Virus record (IMG/VR): IMGVR_UViG_3300028392_000050
Coordinates: 23,294-87,293 of that record
DNA length: 64,000 bases
Source: a virus
Direction: 5' to 3' (one strand)
This document shows positions 44,877-55,439 of the stretch, one piece after another. The translations under genes were made by a program, and so were the position numbers. The notes under the pieces were generated by a model that saw only the letters and a program-made list of their open reading frames with translations, ran no database searches and was not told where the DNA came from. Position 1 is the first letter of the stretch. Every line of letters starts with the position of its first letter.

Positions 44877-45490
44877 GTTTTATATTAAGTGAAGATTTGG
44901 CCCTTAAAACCCTACTTACGGGCATTGTAGTTGCTGATGAAAAGAACACCAATCGCCCTGTAGGCGTATGGTTTGCTAACCCAGACCTAGAGTCTAGAGA
45001 CCAAAGCTACCCTTATATTACTATTGAGCTACTGGATTTTGACCCAGCTACTTACCGCCAACAGTCTGGGTTATTCCAGGATAACGACGTTCAGGGAACC
45101 ATTGCCCCCAGTGGAAATACCTCTTATACGTACGAAATACCTATTGCTTGGGACTTGGTATATCAAATTACCACCTATTCTCGCCACCCTAGGCATGATA
45201 GGACTATTATTGCTTATCTTTTAAACAAGGTTTTTATATCAAAACGCGGTTATTTGGCTGTTCCTAATGATTTAGGCACCGAGACATCTTATCGCCATTT
45301 GATATTAGAAGAGTTCACAAAACGTGATACCATAGAAAATAACCGTAGGTTATTTAGAAATGTATTCACCGTGACAGTAAGCAGCGAAGGTACTGTGGCT
45401 TCATACACATCTACACCAAGCATAGTATCTACCGTAAATATTAATAAAAAAACAACATCCGATATCCCACCTGGACAACAACCTATTTAA
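44873..45490 (+). CDS. tail terminator-like protein
   Basis: YPYITI; directly before the sheath gene. Confidence 0.65.
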   Translation: MSFILSEDLALKTLLTGIVVADEKNTNRPVGVWFANPDLESRDQSYPYITIELLDFDPATYRQQSGLFQDNDVQGTIAPSGNTSYTYEIPIAWDLVYQITTYSRHPRHDRTIIAYLLNKVFISKRGYLAVPNDLGTETSYRHLILEEFTKRDTIENNRRLFRNVFTVTVSSEGTVASYTSTPSIVSTVNINKKTTSDIPPGQQPI

Positions 45491-45529
45491 TATTTGTTTA
45501 ACCTCAACTAAACCCAAGGAGAAAATCTT

Positions 45530-47575
45530 ATGGCGACATACAACCGCCCTGGAGTATACCTAGAAGAAGTACCGTCTTCCGCAGCGCTATCCTCTACCCC
45601 TACTGCTACAGTAGCCACTTTCATTGGCGCTTTTGCAAAGGGACCCACTACCACTACTCTAATAACCTCATGGAATCAATTTGTTTCTTTGTACGGTGAC
45701 ATTGTATACAACACTGCAGATACTGACGGCGCTATTGCTGTTTATCTATTTTTCTCAAACGGAGGAAGCCAGTGTTACGTAAAGCGCGTAGCAGCTTCGG
45801 ATGCAGTCGCTTCTACTGTCGCTATTAAGGGAAACGCTACAGTTGCTATTGCTACTGGCTCTACTGTTGCGCAAAGCGGAACCTCAACTACCTACACCAG
45901 TGCCGCTCACGGTCTAAAGGTTGGTCAGACTGTAGTGGTTTCAGGAGTTATAGCTTCTACTGCAACCCCTACTAACGTTTATCAGGGTACTTTCGTAGTA
46001 ACTGCTGTCCCTAGTACAACTACCTTTACCGTCACAAATGCTTCTGCTCCTGCTACTGCTGTTGCAATTACAACTGCTGGTACAGTTACATCTCAAAGCA
46101 GCACCACAGAGCTTACTCTTACTGCTAAAAACCCTGGTGCTTGGAGCAACGGACTTTACTACGAAATCTCAAGCTCAACATCAAGCACCACATACCCAGG
46201 TAAGTACTTTAACTTGGCTATCTACTCTGGCGGTACCACTTCTGGTTACATTGTAGAGCGTTTTAGCGACCTTACTTTACTGTCTTCAGAGCCGTCTTAT
46301 GCACCTACTATTATTAACGCCTCATCTAATTATGTAGTTGCTACTGATTCAAACGCAGCAAACCACACTCCAGCTAACTTTGCTAACACAAACACTCCTG
46401 TAACAACTGCTCTTGTTGCTGTAAGCGCCGTGGGTGGAAATGGTGGTACATCAGGTACAACCGTTACCCTCACCGGAACTATCCCAACAGTTAGCGTTGG
46501 AATGGCTGTAATTGGTAAGGGTATTACAAGTGGAACTACTGTAACTGCGTTCAGCAGCCCTACAGTAACTCTAAGCTCTGCTATGGCTGTAGCTGATGGA
46601 ACCTCAATTACATTTGTAAACTCAGCGCTTACTGGCGGAACTGATGGCGCATCACCTGTAAGTGATACTAACGTTGCTAGTGCTGTTTCAAGTTTGGACG
46701 CAATTGCGCAGCCTATTTTGCTAAATGCTCCTGGTATTACAGATGCTACTAACGTTAACACACTTCTTTCATACGCTTATAACCGCGGAGATGTGTTTGT
46801 AATTATTGACCCTACAAAGTCTACTTCTGACGTTACAAGCCAGCTTACTTTAACTAACTCATACACTGGTGGCTCATCCGGTTCTGCGGCACAAGGATTT
46901 GGTGCGGTTTACTTCCCTAACCTAACTATTCCAAACCCTACATCTAGCGCACCTGGTTCAACTATTACTGCTTACCCAGGTGGAGCAATTGCGGCTAAGT
47001 ACGCGACTACTGATGCATCTCGTGGCGTATTTAAGTCACCTGCTGGCCTAGAAGCTCGCCTATCTGGAGTTGTGTCAGTTACTTCTCTAACTAACACAGA
47101 GCTAGATTACCTAAACAATGGAACATCAAGCCCTGATACATTTGCTAAGGCTACTCCAGTAAACGCTATTCGCTACATCCCAGGTTCTGGAATTGTGGTA
47201 ATGGGTGCGCGTACATTGAGCAGCACTTACAACAACCGTTATATCTCAGTACGTAGAAGCCTTATTTACTTACGTAAGGTTCTTACTGATTCAACTGCAT
47301 TTGCTCTATTTGAGTCAAACGACGAACGTCTATGGAACCGTCTACAGACTACTTGTGAAGCAATCCTTATTAACTTCTGGCAATCTGGAGGTCTAAAGGG
47401 AACTACAGCGTTGGACGCTTTCTATGTTAAAGCAGACAGCTCTATCAACACCGTATCCAGCGTTGCTGCTGGTGAGGTTCACCTAGAAATCGGTGTAGCC
47501 CTTCAGCGCCCTGCTGAATTTGTGGTAATCCGTATTAGCCAGTACGACAGTGGTTCTGTTGTAACAATCCTGTAG
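45530..47575 (+). CDS. tail sheath protein
   Basis: Y.RPGVYLEE; F.NGG; RGVFK.PAG; GARTL; YISVRR; FE.ND..LW; PAEF. Confidence 0.95.
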   Translation: MATYNRPGVYLEEVPSSAALSSTPTATVATFIGAFAKGPTTTTLITSWNQFVSLYGDIVYNTADTDGAIAVYLFFSNGGSQCYVKRVAASDAVASTVAIKGNATVAIATGSTVAQSGTSTTYTSAAHGLKVGQTVVVSGVIASTATPTNVYQGTFVVTAVPSTTTFTVTNASAPATAVAITTAGTVTSQSSTTELTLTAKNPGAWSNGLYYEISSSTSSTTYPGKYFNLAIYSGGTTSGYIVERFSDLTLLSSEPSYAPTIINASSNYVVATDSNAANHTPANFANTNTPVTTALVAVSAVGGNGGTSGTTVTLTGTIPTVSVGMAVIGKGITSGTTVTAFSSPTVTLSSAMAVADGTSITFVNSALTGGTDGASPVSDTNVASAVSSLDAIAQPILLNAPGITDATNVNTLLSYAYNRGDVFVIIDPTKSTSDVTSQLTLTNSYTGGSSGSAAQGFGAVYFPNLTIPNPTSSAPGSTITAYPGGAIAAKYATTDASRGVFKSPAGLEARLSGVVSVTSLTNTELDYLNNGTSSPDTFAKATPVNAIRYIPGSGIVVMGARTLSSTYNNRYISVRRSLIYLRKVLTDSTAFALFESNDERLWNRLQTTCEAILINFWQSGGLKGTTALDAFYVKADSSINTVSSVAAGEVHLEIGVALQRPAEFVVIRISQYDSGSVVTIL

Positions 47576-47587
47576 GAGGAAATATAA

Positions 47588-48217
47588 ATGGCAACTAGCG
47601 CAATTTCACGCTTTTCAAAACTAGCTACTGACCCTTTAAGAAATTTTAGGTTCCTGGTTGATTTCCGCGTAACCGGGGATACTGGTGTTCCTGGGTCAGC
47701 TGCTCCTGGTAAAGACAGCTTCTTGAAGTTTAAGGGCGGATTTACATCTGTATCAGGACTTAGCATGACTGTAGACGCAATCAGCTATCGTGAAGGCGGC
47801 ATGAACACCTCCCTGCACATGTTGCCTGGTCGCGTAACTTTTCAGCCAATTACTTTAAGTCGCGGTGTAGTGCTTGGTCAAAAAGAAGGCATTAACTGGT
47901 TTAAGCAGCTATTTGCTGCTGCTTCTGGTGAAGGTATTGCGGGAATTGATGGCTCGTCTTTCCGCTGTGACCTAGACATTTATGTCTTAGACCACCCAGT
48001 TACCGGTGCTCCAGCTATTAGCGCATCAGACATTATTAGCAAGTCTGCGTACAAGATGAAGTTTACTGTGCACAATGCTTGGATTACTGGACTACAGTAT
48101 TCAGATTTGAGCGCATCTGATAACTCATTGATGTACGAAACCATGACACTAGTACATGAAGGACTGTCAATTCAGCTAGCTGACTTTGGTTCAAACGTAT
48201 CTACTACACTTACATAA
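47588..48217 (+). CDS. tail tube protein (T4 gp19-like)
   Basis: DPLRNFRF; GF.SVSGL; YREGG; ITLSRG; L.HEG. Confidence 0.92.
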   Translation: MATSAISRFSKLATDPLRNFRFLVDFRVTGDTGVPGSAAPGKDSFLKFKGGFTSVSGLSMTVDAISYREGGMNTSLHMLPGRVTFQPITLSRGVVLGQKEGINWFKQLFAAASGEGIAGIDGSSFRCDLDIYVLDHPVTGAPAISASDIISKSAYKMKFTVHNAWITGLQYSDLSASDNSLMYETMTLVHEGLSIQLADFGSNVSTTLT

Positions 48218-48268
48218 TTTAATAATTAAAATCTGATAAAATATTTATAACTAACTAGGAGTATAAAA

Positions 48269-49069
48269 ATGACAAATAATATGTCTACTGACCCGGCTTT
48301 GATTGCACAGTATACGCAAGACTTGGAAAAAGAGCCACCGGTCGAAATTAAAACCGTTGCACCGTCAAACTCAAACGTAATTCTTCCTGGCGGCTTTCTA
48401 GCTAAGGACGGTTCTTTGATTAAATATGGTGAAGTCCGTGAACTAAACGGCATAGACGAAGAAGCCATTTCAAAGGCCGGCTCTGCTGGTAAAGCTCTTG
48501 CTGCAATGTTGCAGCGAGGTGTTATTTCTATTGGGTCTAACCCAGTAGATAAAGCAGACCTTGACGATTTACTAAGCGGTGACCGAGACGCATTGTTAAT
48601 TGGAATTCGTCGAGTTACTTTTGGCGATACAGTTGACTTTGAATTTGCCTGCCCTCATTGTAAAACAGAATTAGAAGTAGCTGTTGATTTGATTAAAGAT
48701 GTTCCTGTAAAGGAGCTTGATGACCCAATCAATGACAGAACATTTACTTATATCTCTAAAAAGCATGGGGCAATTGTTGTAAGCCTACCTACAGGCGCTG
48801 TGCAAAAGAAACTTGTTGAAAACGCCGATAAGACAACTTCGGAGCTCAACACTGTTTTGCTTGCAGGATGTCTTAAGTCTATCAATGGTGAACCATCTCT
48901 AGGTGTTAGCACTGCGCTTACTTTGGGTATGGCTGACCGTGATGGAGTAATTAACGAGATTATTCAGCGCAACCCGGGTCCACGCCTCGGGGAGGTGAAG
49001 ACGACTTGCGAGGCTTGTGGTGAGGATATTCCTCTACCACTGTCGTTAGCCGACTTGTTTCGTCTATAA
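48269..49069 (+). CDS. tail assembly chaperone (Zn-binding)
   Basis: REL.G.DEE; L..GDRD.LL..IRR.TFG; CPHC and CEAC. Confidence 0.8.
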   Translation: MTNNMSTDPALIAQYTQDLEKEPPVEIKTVAPSNSNVILPGGFLAKDGSLIKYGEVRELNGIDEEAISKAGSAGKALAAMLQRGVISIGSNPVDKADLDDLLSGDRDALLIGIRRVTFGDTVDFEFACPHCKTELEVAVDLIKDVPVKELDDPINDRTFTYISKKHGAIVVSLPTGAVQKKLVENADKTTSELNTVLLAGCLKSINGEPSLGVSTALTLGMADRDGVINEIIQRNPGPRLGEVKTTCEACGEDIPLPLSLADLFRL

Positions 49070-49205
49070 AGAAAAAGATTACGAACAACTACTCGACGAA
49101 TATGAAGCACTATCTCGAACATTTGTTGGCTGGACGCTGTCTGACATCAGAAGCCTGTCTGTAAGAGAACGTAGAAATTGGCTCTATAGGGCCAATAGGA
49201 AATAA
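49059..49205 (+). CDS. start-less +1-frame extension of the chaperone (G/GT-like)
   Basis: YEQLLDEYEALS...GWTLSDIRSLSVRERRNW; no start codon after in-frame TAG at 49047. Confidence 0.65.
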   Translation, partial: FVYKEKDYEQLLDEYEALSRTFVGWTLSDIRSLSVRERRNWLYRANRK

Positions 49206-49217
49206 AGGTAGAGTAAG

Positions 49218-51353
49218 TTGGCTGTAAAAGACTCATTTGGTTTAGGCGGAGGTTCATCAAAATCTCGCCTAGTCGCTAACCTTACCGAAGAATACCGCAA
49301 ACTTAATAACGTTCTTAAAGATACTGAAAAACTATCTAAGAGCATTGCTAATAACTTAAAAAATTCTTCTGGTGGCAGAGGGTCAAGTGGCGGCGGAGCT
49401 AGCGCCATGAGCAGCATGACGCCTCCTCCGGGCCCAGTAGGCCCGTCAGGACCAGCAGGACCGGCAGGACCGGGAGCTCCAGGAGCTCCTGGAGGACCTG
49501 GTATGGGAGGAACAGGCGGCAGCGGCGGTTTTAGCTTTAGTTCTGCTTTAAGATCAATGGCAGGTGCCGCAGTTGACGCTCTTACGCAAGGTGTAGATGC
49601 GTCTAATTACATTACAAATGATATAGCTCGTCGCAGGTTTGGATTTTTCTCCGGAGTTTATAGCAGGCAAAACGATAACATCGGTACTATAGCTGGTGCT
49701 AAAGCGTTTGCTACTATGTCCAGTCGAGGAACTCCAATTAGTCCTATGGATGCAGCTAATGCGGCTATGTCGGGTACGTCAAGCGGTCTTATGCCCGGAC
49801 TTAAAAACTATAACACCATTATGAACAGCGCAGCTGGTATCTCTAACGTAATGCCTGGAGTAGGTCTTGAAGGCGGTATGGGTGCTGTAGCGGCACTTAA
49901 CCAAGGTTCAAGCGTTAATAAACTTCGTATGATTGGTATTCAAGTACGAGACCAAAACGGATTTATGCGTGGGGTTGAGGATATTGCTCGTGACCTCTGG
50001 AATTCTTTAAACAGAAGTAAGTCTGGAATGGGTAAGATATCAGAGTCTGACCTTTCTTACTCACTGCAGCCTGGTAACTCGGTAGCTATGCTATTAGACC
50101 AATATTTTGGTACGGATGCTGTACTTAAACAGTCTATTATTTCTTATTTATTTCAATTTGCTAAAAATAATGGTGTAAAAGTTGGTGGTGGTTATCAAAC
50201 TACTGAAGGTAAAAAAGAACTATTAACTACTGGAGCAAACCCAGGAATTACTCAAAGCATCGGTACTAGAAATCAACTTGGCCAGGCAAATATAAATGCA
50301 TATACTACTGGTGGTATTTTAGGTATTCAATCAGCAAACGACACAATTAATAACTTTACCAAAATGGCTACTGCGTTAGCGCCTGTTCTTCAAGCATTTG
50401 TTACAGCCACTACTTTTACTCAAACCCTTACAAGTGCTGGTAATGGTGCCGGCGGTATTATTACTAAAGACCTTCTTGAGGGAGCTAAAGGAGCTGCTCA
50501 AGGCACAATTGATGCCGTAAAGCCCTTTTTAAAAAATCCAACTGTATTAACTATTTTTGGAGCTATGTGGGCTACACTCAGCGGAATTTCTGCTACGCAG
50601 CAAATGCAAGATGAGTATTTAGCTGATTTAATTGCTAGTGGAAAAGCTGACCCTAACACTAAAGGGACTAATAGTTTTGGTACTAAACAGGACCAGGTAC
50701 TTAAAGACCACCCAGATTTAGCGGCGTTTTTGGGTAACCCTACTTCTTACGATTTACCTGGCACTGGTGGAAATGGCGGGTCTCCTAACCCAACCCCTAC
50801 TCCAACCCCGATGGTAACCCATAACTCTAGCGATTTGCTAAACCAAACTGTGCATCCTAAAGGATTTAAACAATCTAACGATACTATCCTAGGATGGGCG
50901 GGTTCAGTATTGAAGCAAATTGGTGCTCCAGTTACTGCTACTAACTTAGCTGCAATGGTTTCATGGGTTAATAGTGAAAGTTCTTCTGCCAATAATTATC
51001 AAACTTGGAACAACCCACTAAATACTACTCGTAAAGATGCTAACTCAGTTTCTAAAAACTATGCCGGTGTGCAAGAATTTGCAAATGAAGACGCCAGTAT
51101 TGCAGCAACTGTGGCAACTTTAAAACAAAGTAATTTTAAAGATATTTTATCTGTTTTGCAAAAAGACCAAGGATTTAGCGCTTTAAATATGGCTGTACAG
51201 GGCGATAAATGGGGAACTAATAATATTTCCCCAGCTAAAAGCGTTGTAATTAATATTAATGGTGCTCAGGATACTGTAAGTATTGTAGAGGCTATTAAAC
51301 AATATCTAGCGGATGAAGCAATTAGGGCTCACGCTTCTGGTGGAGGTCACTAA
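49218..51353 (+). CDS. tape measure protein with C-terminal lysozyme-like domain
   Basis: position; G/A-rich helical; W..SE...NNPLNT. Confidence 0.8.
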   Translation: MAVKDSFGLGGGSSKSRLVANLTEEYRKLNNVLKDTEKLSKSIANNLKNSSGGRGSSGGGASAMSSMTPPPGPVGPSGPAGPAGPGAPGAPGGPGMGGTGGSGGFSFSSALRSMAGAAVDALTQGVDASNYITNDIARRRFGFFSGVYSRQNDNIGTIAGAKAFATMSSRGTPISPMDAANAAMSGTSSGLMPGLKNYNTIMNSAAGISNVMPGVGLEGGMGAVAALNQGSSVNKLRMIGIQVRDQNGFMRGVEDIARDLWNSLNRSKSGMGKISESDLSYSLQPGNSVAMLLDQYFGTDAVLKQSIISYLFQFAKNNGVKVGGGYQTTEGKKELLTTGANPGITQSIGTRNQLGQANINAYTTGGILGIQSANDTINNFTKMATALAPVLQAFVTATTFTQTLTSAGNGAGGIITKDLLEGAKGAAQGTIDAVKPFLKNPTVLTIFGAMWATLSGISATQQMQDEYLADLIASGKADPNTKGTNSFGTKQDQVLKDHPDLAAFLGNPTSYDLPGTGGNGGSPNPTPTPTPMVTHNSSDLLNQTVHPKGFKQSNDTILGWAGSVLKQIGAPVTATNLAAMVSWVNSESSSANNYQTWNNPLNTTRKDANSVSKNYAGVQEFANEDASIAATVATLKQSNFKDILSVLQKDQGFSALNMAVQGDKWGTNNISPAKSVVININGAQDTVSIVEAIKQYLADEAIRAHASGGGH

Positions 51354-52726
51354 TGAGCGGAAATACAAGCAGTTCAGCAAGCGCACGCTCTATGGGATAT
51401 GTGTCTAGTACTAGCGCTGACAATACCATCGTTAATATCTATGTGGATAGTTCCGCGTACAGCATTGGTGACACATCTACTACCCAACCAGCTGCGGTTA
51501 ATTATGAAGTTAGTCCGGGCATAACTACTTCAATAAAAAAGAACTATAACTACATTTCTACAATCCCAAATGCTTCGGGAAAATTCTTCTTTGATTCAAT
51601 TACGCCTACTTTATCTACTAAAACAAACGCTTCATATCAGGTAATTGGTTCGCCAGTCAAACTTACTAGAGGCAACGGTGCTATCACTCCAGCTATAAAG
51701 TATGGCGATATTGCAAAAACTATTACTAAATTTGCTCAAAACCCTAGCGTTACTGCGGATAATAAATTCAATCTTAAGGTACCAGTAGCTCCGGCAAACC
51801 CTGGAGAGTACCAATGGAACCTTCCGCCTCACAAGTGGAGTATGCCTAGATTTGCCGCGTCAGACCCTAATAACATGCCATCAGGGCACAATAAGCCTTC
51901 GTCTGATGATAGATACCGCAGAGGACGTATTTGGTGGAAAGCCAGCGATACTTCGCTATCTACCGTAGACGGTAATGGAAACACTACAAAAATTGATAAC
52001 TCTGACCGAAAATACGGATTTCAATTCTTATGGAACCCTACTAGTTTTAGCACATCGGTGGCTGTTCAAATGGACGCTACCCCTAACGTTAATGACCGTT
52101 TCTTAGGCCAAGTAGGCGCTTTTCCGTCCACTGAATCTATTTCTTTTAACATTGAAATTAACCGCATAAACGACTTTGCATGTGCTAATGCCATATTTAA
52201 AAGGCCTACTAACATCAGTAGTGCACTAGGAAACCCGGGTAATAATAATTTTATTACTCCAGCTGATGTAGCCTCATTTGTTCCTTACTATTCAAACAAC
52301 GGTAGCTTTACTGCGTCTTTGCTTAGAAACGGCCGTTTAGCAAGCGTAGAAGAAAAATTAATTGATTTATTTCAAAGAGGCACTTTGGCCGATATTGAAT
52401 TTTTATACAAAGCTATCAACGGCCCTGGCCCTGGAAGCACTGCTTCTGGAGGCGATTACTGGAAGAACGGTCGTGGTATAATTACTGCTGACATTGGATT
52501 CCTTATGCCTACGCTGCTTAACATAGACATCGGGCCTTTATCCTATTTAGGGTATGTCACTAATATGGCGGTTACTCACACAATGTTTACACAGGATATG
52601 ATTCCTATCCAAAGCACTGTTCAAGTATCGTTCAACCTATTGGCAACTGCCGGCCTTAGCACCCAGTCAGCTCCGGCTAACCCTGCAGATGCCCCTGCCG
52701 GAACTTCTGTGTGGGGACCGGTCTAA
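51353..52726 (+). CDS. baseplate/tube initiator protein
   Basis: FQFLWNP...; YLGYV...V.H.MF...M.P. Confidence 0.7.
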   Translation: MSGNTSSSASARSMGYVSSTSADNTIVNIYVDSSAYSIGDTSTTQPAAVNYEVSPGITTSIKKNYNYISTIPNASGKFFFDSITPTLSTKTNASYQVIGSPVKLTRGNGAITPAIKYGDIAKTITKFAQNPSVTADNKFNLKVPVAPANPGEYQWNLPPHKWSMPRFAASDPNNMPSGHNKPSSDDRYRRGRIWWKASDTSLSTVDGNGNTTKIDNSDRKYGFQFLWNPTSFSTSVAVQMDATPNVNDRFLGQVGAFPSTESISFNIEINRINDFACANAIFKRPTNISSALGNPGNNNFITPADVASFVPYYSNNGSFTASLLRNGRLASVEEKLIDLFQRGTLADIEFLYKAINGPGPGSTASGGDYWKNGRGIITADIGFLMPTLLNIDIGPLSYLGYVTNMAVTHTMFTQDMIPIQSTVQVSFNLLATAGLSTQSAPANPADAPAGTSVWGPV

Positions 52727-52744
52727 TAATTATGGAGGTAAATA

Positions 52745-53029
52745 ATGGCTGCGCCATCTAATGATTCTAGGTATTATGCCTCAGATGTACAGTACTTTTC
52801 TCCTACTGCTGACGGGGAAAACGTACCTGTAATGTTTTATGATTTTAGCGAATTAGGTAATTTAAACTACGTAGATTATTTATGGAAAGACGGCGACCGC
52901 ATAGACACTTTGGCCGCTAAGTTTTTTCTCTACCCTACACGTTGGTGGATTATTGCTGAATTTAATCCTAAGATTTTAGACTGGCTTAACATAAAGCCTG
53001 GAACAATTATTAGGATACCTCGTGTCTAA
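52745..53029 (+). CDS. LysM/tail-X baseplate protein
   Basis: GDRID.LA.KF...WW.IA.FNP...PG..IRIP. Confidence 0.85.
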   Translation: MAAPSNDSRYYASDVQYFSPTADGENVPVMFYDFSELGNLNYVDYLWKDGDRIDTLAAKFFLYPTRWWIIAEFNPKILDWLNIKPGTIIRIPRV

Positions 53030-54332
53030 CTACGTTACCGTTAACTTTCCCACTAGCTCACAGCAGCCTAAGCGCGTGTATAGCGTTAGTCTTGTGCAAG
53101 AAATATTTGCCCATGATTATGCAACTGTAGAGTTTAGGGATTGGAACTTAGACCCGCTTAATATAAAGCCGGGGTCTTTGATGACTATTACAATCAAAAA
53201 CAAGACTTACCATGGGTACGTCCATGACCTTAAAAACTATCAGGCTTCAAATAAAAACTTTACAAAAGTTGGCTTTATTGGCGCATCTTATGTAATGAAG
53301 CAGGCTAGCCAAAGCATTTATCGCAATATGTCTGCTGACCAGATAGTTGCAGAAATTGCTAAAAAGTATAAATTTGCCTATAAAGTTACCCCGCATCCTC
53401 GTATTTATCCACAGGTGGCCCAGGCCGGTTTAACTGATTGGCAGCTTATGGTAAAGCTAGCTAAAGAATCTGGCTACTTTTTACGGGCAGAAAATACAGA
53501 AATTTACTTTCAGCCTATTACCGAAGACTTTAATAATTTAATTACTGAGGCTAATACTTTTCAAAAAGCTGATGGCGGATTTAAGCCAGTAAATCCTATC
53601 TATTCATTTAAGCCTATTATTAGTGAAACTTTAGAGCACTTTGGTTTTAAAAAAGCTGCTGTTTCTATAGCCGGTGTGAACCCTGTTAGCAGCCAAGAGT
53701 TTAAGATAACTAAGCAAGACACCTTTACGCCTAGCCGTCAATTTTCAAATCAAGAGTTTTTTGATTATCACGACACGGATAAAGTAGCAAATGACTATCA
53801 AACAGCTAAACATTTAGCTAAATCTGCAGATGAGTACAGCAGATTTCCCTATGCTGCTGATGTTCAAACAATTGGTATATCTTCTGTTAGACCATGCTTA
53901 CCAGTGTACTTAAAAAATGTAGGCAATGAGTATTCGGGTTATTGGACAGTTTTAAAGATTACTCATAAAGTAACCGAAGAAAATTTAAATCAGCAGCTTT
54001 ATACCTGTGACATCACTGTTGCTTCAGACTCTTTAGGTAAGAACTCAGACAAAAGATTGCCAACTGCTCCGGCTCTCAACCCAACAAGGCGGATTAGCCC
54101 TGACCAAAGAAACACAAATGTTAAGCCTAAAACTATTATAAATATTCCTGCTATTACCTCTAAACGCTATCAGCAAATAAAACTTATAGATAAAATAAAT
54201 AGAACTAGTGAATCCAGCCCTTTTGATGCAACCTCTCGTTGGGGCTCTACTCACAGTGATTTAAATTATGTATTGCCGGATGAACGTATGCCAGAAAGTG
54301 TTTGGGCAAAAGTGAGGTCAAATGCCGTCTAA
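53022..54332 (+). CDS. baseplate hub (GpD/gp27-like)
   Basis: IA.KY; Q.G.TDW.L...LA..G; YSG.W.V....H. Confidence 0.8.
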   Translation: MSNYVTVNFPTSSQQPKRVYSVSLVQEIFAHDYATVEFRDWNLDPLNIKPGSLMTITIKNKTYHGYVHDLKNYQASNKNFTKVGFIGASYVMKQASQSIYRNMSADQIVAEIAKKYKFAYKVTPHPRIYPQVAQAGLTDWQLMVKLAKESGYFLRAENTEIYFQPITEDFNNLITEANTFQKADGGFKPVNPIYSFKPIISETLEHFGFKKAAVSIAGVNPVSSQEFKITKQDTFTPSRQFSNQEFFDYHDTDKVANDYQTAKHLAKSADEYSRFPYAADVQTIGISSVRPCLPVYLKNVGNEYSGYWTVLKITHKVTEENLNQQLYTCDITVASDSLGKNSDKRLPTAPALNPTRRISPDQRNTNVKPKTIINIPAITSKRYQQIKLIDKINRTSESSPFDATSRWGSTHSDLNYVLPDERMPESVWAKVRSNAV

Positions 54333-55014
54333 TAATCAATATTTTGGTATTTACCGCGGTACCGTAGTTGCTAATAATGACCCTGAAGGGCTTGGTAGGG
54401 TTACTCTTACAGTCCCCCAAGTTTTAGGTAATCAAGTAACTAACTGGGCTTACCCTATTGTTGGGGGGCCTAAAAATAATAAAGTACCTTATGGTTCTTT
54501 TTATGACACTACTACTCAAACTTTAACAGGGGCTAATACGCCCAAAGCAATTACTCTTAATACAACAGATGAAAGTAACGGAGTTACTATTGGGGCACCA
54601 ACCTCTAAAATTATATTTAAATATGCTGGAACATATAATGTTCAATTTTCTGCGCAAGTAGCGAATAATGGAACTGGTATTGCAAATTTTTGGTTACGTA
54701 AAAATGGTACAGATGTGCCTTGGACCAATGGTGAAATAACGACCTCAAATCAAAACCATCACGTCCTTCCTGCTTGGAATTATGTATTAACTTTGGCTGC
54801 TAACGACTATCTTGAACTTGTTTGGATGAGCAATGATGCGGCTAATACCCTAGAGGCACAGGCGGCAACTACTTCTCCCGCATCTCCGGGGGTACCTTCA
54901 ATGATAGTTACCGCCACGCTTGTTGGTAATTTCTTACCTTCCTCCGAAGACCCATGCTGGGTCATGTTTGAAGGCGGAGACCCCAATTTCCCATTATGGT
55001 TAGGAACATTCTAA
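54322..55014 (+). CDS. baseplate spike gp5/gpV OB-fold protein with inserted beta-sandwich
   Basis: GIYRG.VV.N.DP..LGRV...VP and P....WVMFEGGDP.FP.W.G are about 140 aa apart. Confidence 0.8.
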   Translation: MPSNNQYFGIYRGTVVANNDPEGLGRVTLTVPQVLGNQVTNWAYPIVGGPKNNKVPYGSFYDTTTQTLTGANTPKAITLNTTDESNGVTIGAPTSKIIFKYAGTYNVQFSAQVANNGTGIANFWLRKNGTDVPWTNGEITTSNQNHHVLPAWNYVLTLAANDYLELVWMSNDAANTLEAQAATTSPASPGVPSMIVTATLVGNFLPSSEDPCWVMFEGGDPNFPLWLGTF

Positions 55015-55439
55015 TGGCAGTTAAAATATTAAATTACCCTTTTTCTTTTGGCAGAAACTTACCTGGAACATACATTACAGACTTATCTGCTACTACTGAC
55101 TTTAAAAAGATATGGCAGCAGCGAGTGCTACTAGTATTAGGAACTAGGCCGGGAGAACGCCTAATGCGCCCTGATTTTGGGTCTAATCTTCATACTGTAG
55201 TATTTGAGCCGGAAAGCACCGCTGGTCAGATAGCCAAAGACAGCATTACTCAAGCTTTTACAACCTGGCTTCCTAGCCTAGAGTTACGTCAAATAACCCC
55301 CTCTTTTGACCGTAGTACTGGTACTTTATCAGTAAGTATTACTTACGGACTGCCCAATGGAGAGGTAGATAGTGTTACAATTAATACTGGAATATTCAAC
55401 CGTTCTGGTGATCTAATTCAGGAGATAAACAATGGCTGA
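55014..55439 (+). CDS. baseplate wedge gp25-like protein
   Basis: LGTRPGERLMRPDFGS. Confidence 0.9.
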   Translation: MAVKILNYPFSFGRNLPGTYITDLSATTDFKKIWQQRVLLVLGTRPGERLMRPDFGSNLHTVVFEPESTAGQIAKDSITQAFTTWLPSLELRQITPSFDRSTGTLSVSITYGLPNGEVDSVTINTGIFNRSGDLIQEINNG

